A stretch of 37,271 nt of DNA, from contig JAYUUN010000069.1 in assembly GCA_043754535.1 (NCBI GenBank), forward strand, positions 1 to 37,271, in the 5' to 3' direction. The number at the start of each line of letters is the position of its first letter. Positions within the stretch are counted from its first letter, which is position 1. The notes under the pieces are model-generated. The model was not told the DNA's origin. It saw only the letters and a list, made by a program, of their open reading frames with translations, and did no database searches. This document shows positions 15,813-25,224 of the stretch, piece after piece. The position numbers and the translations under genes are program-made. This DNA is from Chloroflexota bacterium (GTDB taxonomy: Bacteria > Chloroflexota > Chloroflexia > QHBQ01).

Positions 15813-17372
15813 TCACGGCCCTGCTTCAGCCCCGCCCAGTAGCGCACGCACGCGGGCAAGGTTCGTGCGGGGGGCTTCGGCCTGTGGCAGGGCAGCGGCA
15901 GCCCGTTCGAGGTAGGGGATCGCCTCCGCCAGCCTGCCCATCTCGGCCAGCAGCGCACCAGTCTCGGCTAGCGTCTGCGCCTGTTGGGGGTCAATCGCCA
16001 GCACGCCCAGCATAGCGCGCAAGGCAGCCTCCAGATCACCTCGGCGGCGGTGCAGATTGGCAGCGTAGAAGTTCGCCTGCCAGAAGTCGGCCTTCGCCAC
16101 CGCTGCCTTTGCGTACCAAACCAACGCCTGCTCATCCTCGCCTGCTTGCTCGTAGCTGCGGGCGGCAAGGAAGGCAGAATCGTGGTCGCTGGGGTCGAGG
16201 CTAGCGGCGCGTTCGAGGTGGGGGCGGGCAGCAGCCCTCTCCTTGCGCCGATAGAGCAGGTCGCCCAGGGCAGCATGGGCATGGGCGTGCGCACCGTCAG
16301 CGACAATGGCCCGCTGGTAGTAGGCACGGGCCTCCTGCTCATCGTGCTGCTGCTCGGCAGCCTGCCCCAGAGTAAAGAGGGCGTTAGCGTTCTGTGGATC
16401 GTGGGCTACTACCTGCTGCCAGGCAACAGTCGCCTGCTCCAGGTTGCCCAGGCTTGCCAACAGGTGGCCCTGCCGCTCCCAGTCTGCTACGCTCTCTGGG
16501 GCGAGGGCGGTGGCATTGGCCGCGTGCTGGTTGGCAGCGGCAAGGTCGCGCTTCATCTCGTAGAGGCGGCTGGCTAGTCGTTGACCTGTCAGGCTCTGTT
16601 GCTGCTCGGCCAGCCCCTCCAATGTAAGCTGCAAGGCTCGTGGCCCCTCGCGGTGGGCCAGCAACGCGGCGGCCAGGGCGAAGGCGACAGCCGGGGCATG
16701 ATTGCTGGCAGCGTACAGCCTTTCGAGGGCAGCTAGCGCATCTGCTGCGCTCAGTAGCCCCGCCGTTGCCAGCCGGGGGTAGAGGTTGGCAGCCCGCTCA
16801 TACTCGCGGTCGGTCAGGCTCTCAACCAGCAGGTCGAACGCGTCTGGGTCGTGTGGGTCGAGGGCCAGGTAATCCTCCGCCTGCCAGCAGGCTAGCAGTG
16901 CCGCACTGGAGCGGGTGCCGAGGCTGGCGGCGACCTGCGCGGCAAAGTCGCTGCTGGGCAAATCCAGCGTCTGCGCCACGTAGTTAGTCAGGTTGGTCAG
17001 CAAAGTGGCGACTTCTGCTACCCCCCCTGCGCCCAGTTCGCCGATTGGTTGCTCGTCAACCAGCCGCCCGCTGGCATCGTAGCGCAAGGCTGTGGCCCGG
17101 CGAGTTGCGGTGGCCTCAAACTTGCAAGTTGTAATGCTACTACCTGGTGTAAAAAGAAGGGGCTGTAGCTGCTTCTGGCTTAGCGGTGCGGTGAGCAGGA
17201 TGTAGCTGGGCGGCTGGCCGCTGGTCAGCAAGGGACAATGGGCTGCCAGCCCCAGCCGCCCAAGCACGCTGGCGAGGTCGATAGCCAGGCGGCGGGCGTA
17301 CAAACCGGCCTCAGAACCAAAGCCCAGGGGGGTGACAGCCTGGAGGATTACCAAATCTGGCTGCTGTGCCAT
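15813..17372 (-). CDS. TPR-repeat protein
   Basis: Multiple TPR units in the C-terminal half (e.g. ALFTLGQAA, AHAALGDLLY, LAETGALLAEMGRLAEA). Confidence 0.85.
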   Translation of the reverse strand: MAQQPDLVILQAVTPLGFGSEAGLYARRLAIDLASVLGRLGLAAHCPLLTSGQPPSYILLTAPLSQKQLQPLLFTPGSSITTCKFEATATRRATALRYDASGRLVDEQPIGELGAGGVAEVATLLTNLTNYVAQTLDLPSSDFAAQVAASLGTRSSAALLACWQAEDYLALDPHDPDAFDLLVESLTDREYERAANLYPRLATAGLLSAADALAALERLYAASNHAPAVAFALAAALLAHREGPRALQLTLEGLAEQQQSLTGQRLASRLYEMKRDLAAANQHAANATALAPESVADWERQGHLLASLGNLEQATVAWQQVVAHDPQNANALFTLGQAAEQQHDEQEARAYYQRAIVADGAHAHAHAALGDLLYRRKERAAARPHLERAASLDPSDHDSAFLAARSYEQAGEDEQALVWYAKAAVAKADFWQANFYAANLHRRRGDLEAALRAMLGVLAIDPQQAQTLAETGALLAEMGRLAEAIPYLERAAAALPQAEAPRTNLARVRALLGGAEAGP

Positions 17373-17482
17373 TACTTGCTTCTAGCCTCCCAAGTATCGT
17401 ACAATGATACGGAACGTTGCTTATGCTGCTTCTGCTACAAACTATCTAGCGTCGCAGGTTGCGAACTGGAAAGACAAAACTG

Positions 17483-18412
17483 ATGGCCTACCGCCGAAAT
17501 GATCGATTGGTTAATTACTACAAGAAGCTGGCCCGCTCACCCTGGCCGGGGGCAGTTGGTTGCACCCTGCTACTGGCCGTGACGATCTGTGATCTACTAG
17601 TGGAGTCCCGCTTCTCCTTCACCTCCCTACACGTGCTGGCGATTATCCTCGGCACCTACGCCTGGGGTCTGCGTGGCTTCGCCCCCTTCGCCCTGATTAG
17701 CCTGCTGGCTACCTTGCTGCACAACCAGATCACGGGCAGGTATCCCACTGCGGCTGACAGTAGCGTGGCCTGGAATGGGATCAGCCTGGTCGCCCTCTAC
17801 CTGATCGTCGGTGGGGCGGTGCTGGTGATGCGTGATGCCCAGCGGATGATCGAGCAACTAGCGGCTACTGACTGGCTGACTGGGCTGGCGAACCGCCGTG
17901 GCTTTGCAGATCGGCTCGCCCAGGAGACCGAGCGTTGCCGCCGCTTCAACCAGCCCCTCACCCTGCTGATGCTTGATGTAGACAACCTCAAGCTGGTGAA
18001 CGACCGTTACGGCCACGTGGCGGGCGACATGGTGATTGCTCTTACCGCCCGCACCCTGCAAGAGCGGCTGCGGGCCACCGACCTTGCTGGTCGCTATGGC
18101 GGCGACGAGTTCATCGTCATGCTAGCCAACACCGACATAGCAGGTGGGCAAGTACTGGCCGACACCCTGCGGCAGGCGATTGACGCGGCTCTGGCTGAGT
18201 ACGCTGCTGGCGACGAACACAAGCTGGCGACGGTCAGCATTGGGCTGGCGGGTTGGCGGCCAGAGTTGGTCAGCAGCATAGAACTGATCGCCCAGGCCGA
18301 CCGCGCCCTCTACCTGGCAAAGCGAGCGGGCAAGAACCGGGTGGGGGTGGCGGCGCAATCCGCCTCCATCCACCTGCCCGTGGTCGCAGAGCAGGTTGCT
18401 ACTTACCACTAA
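17483..18412 (+). CDS. Membrane-anchored diguanylate cyclase
   Basis: About 4 TM helices; DWLTGLANRR, DVDNLKLVND, intact RYGGDEF with RATD I-site. Start uncertain (17459 or 17483). Confidence 0.92.
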   Translation: MAYRRNDRLVNYYKKLARSPWPGAVGCTLLLAVTICDLLVESRFSFTSLHVLAIILGTYAWGLRGFAPFALISLLATLLHNQITGRYPTAADSSVAWNGISLVALYLIVGGAVLVMRDAQRMIEQLAATDWLTGLANRRGFADRLAQETERCRRFNQPLTLLMLDVDNLKLVNDRYGHVAGDMVIALTARTLQERLRATDLAGRYGGDEFIVMLANTDIAGGQVLADTLRQAIDAALAEYAAGDEHKLATVSIGLAGWRPELVSSIELIAQADRALYLAKRAGKNRVGVAAQSASIHLPVVAEQVATYH

Positions 18413-18424
18413 ACTAGCTCCAGA

Positions 18425-18958
18425 TTAGAAGCTCTCGCCGCGCTCACCCTCGAAGCCACCTTCACTGCCGCTGCTCTCAATGTCGCTGCCGCCGCTGCGC
18501 TCGTCCGTGACCGCCTCAATGCTGCCCAGGTCTGCGCTTTGGTTGTTGCTCTCGTCGCTTACGGCGGCTACGCTAGCTTCGTCATTGCTACTGCCCGCCT
18601 CGCTGCTGGCAGCGTCGTCAACCACAATTTCTTCGTATACAATGATCAGGTCTTCGCTGTCATCGTCGTTAGCCTGGTCGCTCATGCTGGCGAAGCCCTC
18701 ATTCAGCCCCTGGATTGCCCGCGAACCCGCACTGATCGCCTCATCAAAGAGGCTCTGCACAGCATAGCCAGCCTCACGAGCGGCCTCGCCGAGGTGGGTC
18801 TGGGTCTCCTCTGGCAGCAGGCGGAAGGGTAGGGTGATAATTCGGCTGCCGAGTTGGAACAGGTCACTAGCCAGGTTGAGCGCAGCCTGACTCAGGTCTT
18901 GCAAGTCCTCACCTACTTCGCGCAAACCAAATGTGCTACGCTCCTTATGGTCTTCCAT
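18425..18958 (-). CDS. Hypothetical protein: amphipathic helical N-half, acidic disordered tail
   Basis: AGGAGG SD, own consensus promoter, uninterrupted ORF. Confidence 0.75.
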   Translation of the reverse strand: MEDHKERSTFGLREVGEDLQDLSQAALNLASDLFQLGSRIITLPFRLLPEETQTHLGEAAREAGYAVQSLFDEAISAGSRAIQGLNEGFASMSDQANDDDSEDLIIVYEEIVVDDAASSEAGSSNDEASVAAVSDESNNQSADLGSIEAVTDERSGGSDIESSGSEGGFEGERGESF

Positions 18959-19035
18959 CGTACTAGCCTCCTGTGTAGCTGCTCGCTGCCCCGCTGCTGC
19001 GAAGGTGCCAAGCCATCAAGCTCATCGTTAGTCCG

Positions 19036-19065
19036 ATTGTACGTGAACAGTGGCAGCTTTGTCAA
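19036..19065 (-). promoter_or_regulatory. Sigma-A promoter of the hypothetical gene
   Basis: TTGACA, 18 nt, TACAAT. Confidence 0.7.
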
Positions 19066-19215
19066 TCCAACGAGCTGGGGGCAGTAGGGCTGTGCAAGAT
19101 AGTGGCTTGGTTAGTAGCGGGGGCGCAACATCCAGGTGCCATGCTCAACCGCTAACCGACAAGGAACCTGTAGCTGCAAGACGATGAACAGTCGTGCTGT
19201 CTCAGCCAACCGTGC

Positions 19216-19243
19216 TTGACAAATACTTCCTACGTGCTATAAT
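19216..19243 (+). promoter_or_regulatory. Strong sigma-A promoter of the opp operon
   Basis: TTGACA, 16 nt (including the extended -10 TG), TATAAT. Confidence 0.8.
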
Positions 19244-19247
19244 GTCG

Positions 19248-19440
19248 GCTAACCTGCGTGATAATTGCTGAACCAAAAGTGCCTGCCTGCTTGTACCTAT
19301 ACAATAGGCTGTGGCCCTGGTTGACGACGATCCGCAGCCCTGCGCGGCAATGGAGCCACGCACAAGGTAGGTTGGCTGGCTGGCTCAATGGGTCCGCTTC
19401 GGCGGGAGCCAGCAGCTAACCTTTGTTCAACACAAGGAGG
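19248..19440 (+). ncRNA. Putative structured cis-regulatory leader RNA (unassigned family)
   Basis: Nested helices, a long hairpin with an internal cUUCGg tetraloop, and alternative pairings involving the SD. Confidence 0.5.
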
Positions 19441-19450
19441 AAGATCAGTT

Positions 19451-21406
19451 ATGCTAAGGCGACCTAAGTTTCTCAGCGGTCTGGCGACCCTCGCCCTGCT
19501 CCTGCCCCTGCTGGCAGCCTGCGGTGGCGATGCTACGCCAACACCGCGCCCGGTGGCATCCGCCACCACCGCGATGGCGGCCTCGACTGCCACGACCATG
19601 ATGGCGGCTGCAACCAACACCACGATGATGGCTGCGATGACCGACACGCCGATGATGGCGAAGCCAACTGACACCGCGATGATGGCAATGGCAACCCCGA
19701 CCGCGATGATGATGGCAACCGCGATGACTGGCACGATGATGACCCCCATGATGCCAGGCATGGGAACGATGACCAGCACCGGCACGATGACCACCGCTGC
19801 GGCTGCCCCCACCGAGATTGCCCCCAACTCGACCTTCACCGGCAGCGTGGGCGCGTTCCGCTGGCGGCAGGCTGAGGATGCACCCAACCTCGACCCGGCC
19901 TTGATGCAGGACTCGGTTTCGATCAACTTCAGCCAGAACCTCTTTGATGGCCTGATGGAGTTTGACCCGGCTACCCTCTCGCCCAAGCCTTCTATCGCCG
20001 AAACCTACACCGTCAATGCCGATGCCACGGTCTACACCTTCAAGCTGCGCAAGGATGCCAAGTTCACTGACGGCACCCCGATCACGGCTAAGGACTTCGT
20101 CTATTCTTGGAACCGCCTGCTGGCGAACCCCGCTGCGCCTTACTCCTTTGTCTTCGACGACATCAAGGGAGCCAGCGAAGTGGTTGCTTCGGCGGCTAGC
20201 ACCGACACGACTAAGACCAAGCTGACTGCTGCCGAGGGTATCAAGGCAGTGGACGACTACACTCTCCAGGTGACCCTCAAGCAGGCAAGTGCCTACTTCA
20301 TCCCCCAGACCGCCCTCTGGTCGTACTGGGTGGTGAACCAGAAGGTGGTTGGCAGCAACCCCCTGAGCAGCGATTGGGCGCAGAAGGCCGAGACGATGAA
20401 GGGGTCGGGCAGTGGTGCTTACACCGTCAAGGAGTGGGTACGCAACGACCACATGGTTCTGGAAGCCAACGATGCTTACTGGAACACGCCGAAGGCCAGC
20501 GTCAAGGAGATCGACATCCTGATCATCGCTGACGGCAGCACCGCCCAGCTTCGCTACGAGAACAAGCAGCTTGATAGCAGCGAAATCTACGTGGCCGACT
20601 ACAACCGCCTGAAGAACGACCCGATCATGAGCAAGGAACTGAAGGAAGTACCGCAGGCCAGTACTATGTGGCTCGGCTTCAACGCCCTGAGCGGCGTGTT
20701 CGCGCAGAGCGGCGGCGAGAAGGCTCTCAAGCTGCGTCAGGCCGTTGCCCAGGCGATGGACCGCGAAGACCTGATCGACAAGGCTCTGGATGGCGTGGGC
20801 GCACCGGCCTACACTCTGGTGCCACAAGGCGTGCCAGGCTTCAAGGACTACCAGGCTTACAAGCTAGACATTCCCGCAGCGAAGAAGGCTTTGGCCGATG
20901 CTGGCTACAGTGATGCCAGCAGCCTCAAGCTGACCTACTACACCCGTGACCGCGAAGATCAGCGCAAGGTTGGCGAAGTGATCCAGGCCCAACTGAAGCA
21001 GAACCTGGGGATCAACGTCGAAGTCAAGGCCGTTCCCTGGTCTACCTTCCTGATTGAACGCCAGAACCACAAGTACGACTTCTTCTACGGTCGCTGGGGT
21101 CAGGACTACCCAGACCCGCAGGACTGGTTGTACGCGCTGAAGTACAGCACGATTAGCCAGAACAACGAGGGCTGGGCCAACAAGCAATTCGACAGCATGG
21201 TTGACCAGGCTAACAAGCTGGCTGACCCGGCCAGGGTTGCCGAGCGCATGAAGCTGTACAACGATGCTGAGAAGTTGATGCTCGATGACGCAGCTATCGT
21301 GCCGCTCTACCAGACCTCGCTAGACTTCCTGATCAAGCCAGGTTGGAGCGGCTGGGGCTACAACTCCCAGTTCGCCTACCCCTTCCGTTTCCTCACCAAG
21401 CAATAA
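19451..21406 (+). CDS. oppA: Oligopeptide/dipeptide ABC transporter binding lipoprotein with Met/Thr-rich linker
   Basis: LAAC lipobox; LDPA, YTFKLRKDAKFTDGTPITAKDFVYSW and WGQDYPDP motifs; AAGGAGG SD. Confidence 0.93.
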   Translation: MLRRPKFLSGLATLALLLPLLAACGGDATPTPRPVASATTAMAASTATTMMAAATNTTMMAAMTDTPMMAKPTDTAMMAMATPTAMMMATAMTGTMMTPMMPGMGTMTSTGTMTTAAAAPTEIAPNSTFTGSVGAFRWRQAEDAPNLDPALMQDSVSINFSQNLFDGLMEFDPATLSPKPSIAETYTVNADATVYTFKLRKDAKFTDGTPITAKDFVYSWNRLLANPAAPYSFVFDDIKGASEVVASAASTDTTKTKLTAAEGIKAVDDYTLQVTLKQASAYFIPQTALWSYWVVNQKVVGSNPLSSDWAQKAETMKGSGSGAYTVKEWVRNDHMVLEANDAYWNTPKASVKEIDILIIADGSTAQLRYENKQLDSSEIYVADYNRLKNDPIMSKELKEVPQASTMWLGFNALSGVFAQSGGEKALKLRQAVAQAMDREDLIDKALDGVGAPAYTLVPQGVPGFKDYQAYKLDIPAAKKALADAGYSDASSLKLTYYTRDREDQRKVGEVIQAQLKQNLGINVEVKAVPWSTFLIERQNHKYDFFYGRWGQDYPDPQDWLYALKYSTISQNNEGWANKQFDSMVDQANKLADPARVAERMKLYNDAEKLMLDDAAIVPLYQTSLDFLIKPGWSGWGYNSQFAYPFRFLTKQ

Positions 21407-21489
21407 ACCGATTGGCTGCCGAGTAGCCAGCGATGCGAGTCGCTGGTTACCGGCTGGCTAGCGGTGGGGGTGGGCTGTGCGCTCACCCC
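21407..21489 (+). other. Intercistronic stem-loops after oppA (mRNA stabiliser or partial terminator)
   Basis: GTAGCCAGCGAT-GCGA-GTCGCTGGTTAC extended hairpin plus GGGGTGGGC/GCTCACCCC hairpin. Confidence 0.65.
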
Positions 21490-21556
21490 TGCCCTGTATC
21501 TTGTAATCTTCGTCTCGTAGCGAACCCCAGCAAACATTACCCACCAGCAAAAACTT

Positions 21557-22516
21557 ATGACACAATACATTATCAGAAGAATGATTGGCCTGATCTTTGT
21601 CTTGCTCGGCATTGCCGCTCTGACTTTCACCCTGATGCACCTTGCACCGGGTAGCCCCTTCTCCAGCGAACGGCTGCCAGCAGCGGCGGTGGAGCGCATC
21701 AACGCCAGCTATGGCCTCGATCAGCCGCTACCTATCCAATTTGTCAAGTACATCTGGGGGTTGCTGCATGGTGACTTCAGCATCTCCTACAAGCAGCAGG
21801 TGGGGGCAGAAGTGCGCGACATCATCTTCACCGGTTTCGCCAACTCCTTCCAACTGGGCATCCTCGCTTTCGCCTTCACCATCTTCTTCGGCCTGCTGCT
21901 CGGTGTACTTGCGGCGGTCGGCCAAAACACCTGGTTGGACTACAGCACGATGACCCTCTCGCTTGCGGGCTACTCGATCCCTAACTTCGTGCTGGGGACG
22001 CTGCTGCTGCTCTTTGCCACCACCGTGCTGAACCCGATCCTGCCCGCTGGTTTGCAGCTACCGATTGGCGGTTGGCTTCAACAATACGGGCCGGGGGCGG
22101 CGATCCTGCCAGTGCTAGTCCTCTCGCTGCGGCCCACCAGCGTGCTAGCCCGCCTCACCCGCGCCAGTATGTTGGAGGTGATCCGCCAGGACTACATTCG
22201 CACCGCCTGGTCGAAGGGGCTGGGCCAGCGGGTGGTGGTGATCCGCCACGCCCTACGGAACGCACTGCTGCCAGTGATCACTGTTCTTGGCGACGAACTG
22301 GGCAACCTGATCACCGGCAGCATCGTGGTTGAGCAGGTGTTTGTGATCAACGGCCTCGGCCAGCAGTTTGTACGGAGTGTGCAAGACCTGGACTACAACA
22401 TCATCATGGGGACGACGATCTTCTATGCTTTCATTGTCGTGCTGATCAACCTGGCGGTAGACATCCTCTACGCTTTTGTTGACCCACGCATCAGCTACAC
22501 GAAGGCGAGGGCTTAG
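21557..22516 (+). CDS. oppB: Peptide ABC transporter permease
   Basis: YIIRR, YGLDQPL and DYIRTAWSKGL...HALRNALLP motifs; DPRI end. Confidence 0.93.
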   Translation: MTQYIIRRMIGLIFVLLGIAALTFTLMHLAPGSPFSSERLPAAAVERINASYGLDQPLPIQFVKYIWGLLHGDFSISYKQQVGAEVRDIIFTGFANSFQLGILAFAFTIFFGLLLGVLAAVGQNTWLDYSTMTLSLAGYSIPNFVLGTLLLLFATTVLNPILPAGLQLPIGGWLQQYGPGAAILPVLVLSLRPTSVLARLTRASMLEVIRQDYIRTAWSKGLGQRVVVIRHALRNALLPVITVLGDELGNLITGSIVVEQVFVINGLGQQFVRSVQDLDYNIIMGTTIFYAFIVVLINLAVDILYAFVDPRISYTKARA

Positions 22517-22519
22517 GCT

Positions 22520-23548
22520 ATGGCAAGAGAAGAAAACCAGCCCCTGCGCGACCCGGCGGGCGTGCCAGCCCACGATAGCGCGTTGGATGAAAGTGGAGTG
22601 CCAGCCCGCCGCGCCGTCCCGGTGCTGCCAACAGTTGGCGGCGATGTGGCAGCCACGGCCAACAGCTTGTGGAGCGATGCCTGGCTGCGCCTGCGCCGCA
22701 ACAAGCTGGCGGTCGGTGGGGCGGTGGTGATCGTGCTGATCATCCTGGTAGCTATCTTCGCTGACCTGATCGCCCCCTATGACCCTGCCTTCCAGTTTGG
22801 TGTGGGCGACGTGCGTAAAGCTGGCCTCTGCCCGGCTAGTGGTCGCTGCTCGGCCAAGCTGCTGCCGGTCAGTTCGCACTTCTGGCTCGGCACCGACAGC
22901 CTGGGCCGCGACGTGTTCAGCCGCCTGGTGCATGGGGCGCGGGTCTCGATCTCGGTCGGCCTGATCAGCCAACTGCTGATCATCCTGGTTGGCGTGCCGC
23001 TCGGCCTGGTCGCCGGTTATTATGGCCGCTGGGTAGACTACCTGCTGATGCGCGTGACCGACGTGATGTACGCCTTCCCCACCATTCTGTTCGCCATCGT
23101 GGTGCTGGCGGTCTTCGGGCAGTCGTTCCTCAACATCCTGATCGCCATCGGCCTCACCTTCTGGCCGCCAATGGCCCGCCTGGTGCGTAGCCAGGTGCTA
23201 TCGGTGCGCGAGAAGGAGTACGTGGAGGCGGCACGGGCGATTGGGGTGAAAGATAGGGGGATCATCTTTCGCCACATCCTGCCCAACATCCTCAGCCCAG
23301 TGATCGTCTCGATCACCTTCGGCATCCCCTTTGCGATCATGACCGAAGCCTTCCTCAGCTTCCTGGGCATCGGTATCCCAGTGCCGCAGCCAAGCTGGGG
23401 TTCGATGGTCTCTGATGCGCGCCAATATATGCGAACTGACCCTTCCCTGGTGATCTTCCCTGGCCTGGCGATCTCGCTAACCCTGTTCGCCTTCAACTTC
23501 TTCGGCGACGGCCTGCGCGACGCTCTCGATCCGCGCACGCGGAAGTAG
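22520..23548 (+). CDS. oppC: Peptide ABC transporter permease
   Basis: LGTDSLGRD, EYVEAARAIG, RHILPN and GDGLRDALDPR motifs. Confidence 0.93.
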   Translation: MAREENQPLRDPAGVPAHDSALDESGVPARRAVPVLPTVGGDVAATANSLWSDAWLRLRRNKLAVGGAVVIVLIILVAIFADLIAPYDPAFQFGVGDVRKAGLCPASGRCSAKLLPVSSHFWLGTDSLGRDVFSRLVHGARVSISVGLISQLLIILVGVPLGLVAGYYGRWVDYLLMRVTDVMYAFPTILFAIVVLAVFGQSFLNILIAIGLTFWPPMARLVRSQVLSVREKEYVEAARAIGVKDRGIIFRHILPNILSPVIVSITFGIPFAIMTEAFLSFLGIGIPVPQPSWGSMVSDARQYMRTDPSLVIFPGLAISLTLFAFNFFGDGLRDALDPRTRK

Positions 23549-23560
23549 GAAAACAAAGCG

Positions 23561-24154
23561 ATGCTAGTTCTCAAGCTGGTTGGCTATACCCTGCTAGCTA
23601 TTGGTGTTTTCGCCCACCTGGTGCTGCTGCTGCGCGAGGTGCTGGGCTTCCGCGGCTCGCTCAATGTGCGGGTCTCGACCGAGGGCAGCCTCTTGTTCCT
23701 CTTTGCCTCTGGCGCACTGGGTGGCCCTTTGCTGCTGCGCCTGGGCGGGGAGACTGAGTACGGTTGGGTGGCACTAGCCGCCAACTACTTTGTGTTGCAG
23801 GGAGCGGTAGTGGCCGTGCTGGCCCTGATCATCGCGGTAGCCGACCTGTCGGTGACGCGGGCGGCAGCGGGGTCGCAGAACCTGGTCTCCGCTTCGCTAG
23901 AGGGGGCGGTGATCGGTGGCATCCTGCTGATCGCGATCAACCAGTTGCGCGCACTCACCTTCATTGGCTGGATACTGCTGGGCATCGCGTTGGTGGCAGC
24001 AATCTTCACCATCCTGCGGGCTGCCTTTGGCGTGGTCGTCTCCAACCCTGGCCGCCTGACCTTCACCGCCGTGCTGGGCTTCATCCTCGGCCTCGGCCTG
24101 CTGTTCCTGCCAGAGGGGTTGGTGTCGCTCACCCGCCGCCTGCCCTTCGCCTGA
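23561..24154 (+). CDS. Unknown integral membrane protein (about 6 TM) inside the opp operon
   Basis: Strongly hydrophobic ORF filling the oppC-oppD gap. Confidence 0.75.
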   Translation: MLVLKLVGYTLLAIGVFAHLVLLLREVLGFRGSLNVRVSTEGSLLFLFASGALGGPLLLRLGGETEYGWVALAANYFVLQGAVVAVLALIIAVADLSVTRAAAGSQNLVSASLEGAVIGGILLIAINQLRALTFIGWILLGIALVAAIFTILRAAFGVVVSNPGRLTFTAVLGFILGLGLLFLPEGLVSLTRRLPFA

Positions 24155-24180
24155 GCCAACCTGACAAGACGGGATCGCCA

Positions 24181-25224
24181 ATGCAAGTAGACCAAACCAA
24201 GCCCCAAGAGCCGCTGCTCTCCGTCCAGAACCTCAAGACCTACTTCTACACGCCAGATGGGGTGGTGAAGTCGGTGGATGATGTCTCGTTCGACATTGCG
24301 CCGGGCGAAACACTGGGGGTAGTAGGCGAGAGCGGTTGTGGCAAGAGCGTGACTAGCCTGAGCATCATGCGCCTGGTGCAATCACCCCCTGGCAAGATCG
24401 TGGGCGGCAAGGTGATATTCGACGGCCGCGACCTCCTGAGCCTGAGCGAGGAACAGATGCGGCGGGTGCGCGGCAATGAGATCGCGATGATCTTTCAAGA
24501 CCCAATGACTTCGCTCAACCCGGTACTGCCGATTGGCCGCCAGATCACCGAGTCGCTTGAGTTGCACCTGAAGCTGAATGGGGCCGCTGCCCGCAGCCGT
24601 GCCGCCGAGATGCTAGACCTGGTGGGCATCCCTGGGGCTAGCAAGCGGCTGAACGACTACGCCCATCAGTTTAGCGGGGGGATGCGCCAGCGGGTGATGA
24701 TCGCTATGGCTCTCTCCTGCAATCCTCGCCTGCTGATCGCCGATGAGCCGACTACAGCCCTGGACGTGACGATCCAGGCGCAGATACTTGAGTTGATGAT
24801 GCGCCTGCGCGAGGAGTTCAAGATGGCGGTAATGCTGATCACCCACGACCTGGGCGTGGTGGCGGGCATGGCCGACCGTATCATCGTCATGTACGCGGGC
24901 CACGTGGTAGAGCGAGCCGACGCACTCGACCTCTACCAGGACCCGCGCCACCCCTACACGCTCGGCCTGCTCAACAGCGTGCCGCGCCTGGACGCAGAGC
25001 AGCGGGGGCGGTTGGAGCCAATCGGCGGCCTGCCACCCGATCTGGCCCACGTGCCACCCGGCTGCCCCTTTGCCCCACGCTGCCGCTTCGCCGTCGAACA
25101 CTCGCTTAAGGAGCGACCAGAACTTCGCAGCGTCGGCCACCACCACGAGGTCGCCTGTTGGGTGGATATCCCCGGCGCGAAGCAACACGCTGCACTGGTT
25201 GAGGGTGCAGGGGAGGTAGCCTAG
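24181..25224 (+). CDS. oppD: Peptide ABC transporter ATPase
   Basis: [25 protein letters not shown] and HPYT motifs; likely ATG at 24181. Confidence 0.93.
   Translation: MQVDQTKPQEPLLSVQNLKTYFYTPDGVVKSVDDVSFDIAPGETLGVVGESGCGKSVTSLSIMRLVQSPPGKIVGGKVIFDGRDLLSLSEEQMRRVRGNEIAMIFQDPMTSLNPVLPIGRQITESLELHLKLNGAAARSRAAEMLDLVGIPGASKRLNDYAHQFSGGMRQRVMIAMALSCNPRLLIADEPTTALDVTIQAQILELMMRLREEFKMAVMLITHDLGVVAGMADRIIVMYAGHVVERADALDLYQDPRHPYTLGLLNSVPRLDAEQRGRLEPIGGLPPDLAHVPPGCPFAPRCRFAVEHSLKERPELRSVGHHHEVACWVDIPGAKQHAALVEGAGEVA

Noticed and set aside
18989..19122. Partial inverted repeat around the 19036-19065 promoter (invertible switch or MITE)
   Set aside because: Short, interrupted GC-rich match; no recombinase gene or target-site duplication
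19255..19425. c-di-AMP, SAM-II, fluoride or T-box identity for the opp leader (fragments TTGCTGAA, CAGCTAACC, GCGTGATAA, GGCAATGGAG)
   Set aside because: Only isolated short matches; the other conserved core elements and helices of each family are absent
19454..20827. Long antisense ORFs (also 32567-33979, 4275-5072, 6870-7658)
   Set aside because: Typical stop-poor shadows of GC-rich genes, with no recognisable motifs
23764..24180. 139-aa N-terminal extension of OppD in the ORF track
   Set aside because: Shadow frame of the membrane protein gene; homology starts after ATG 24181
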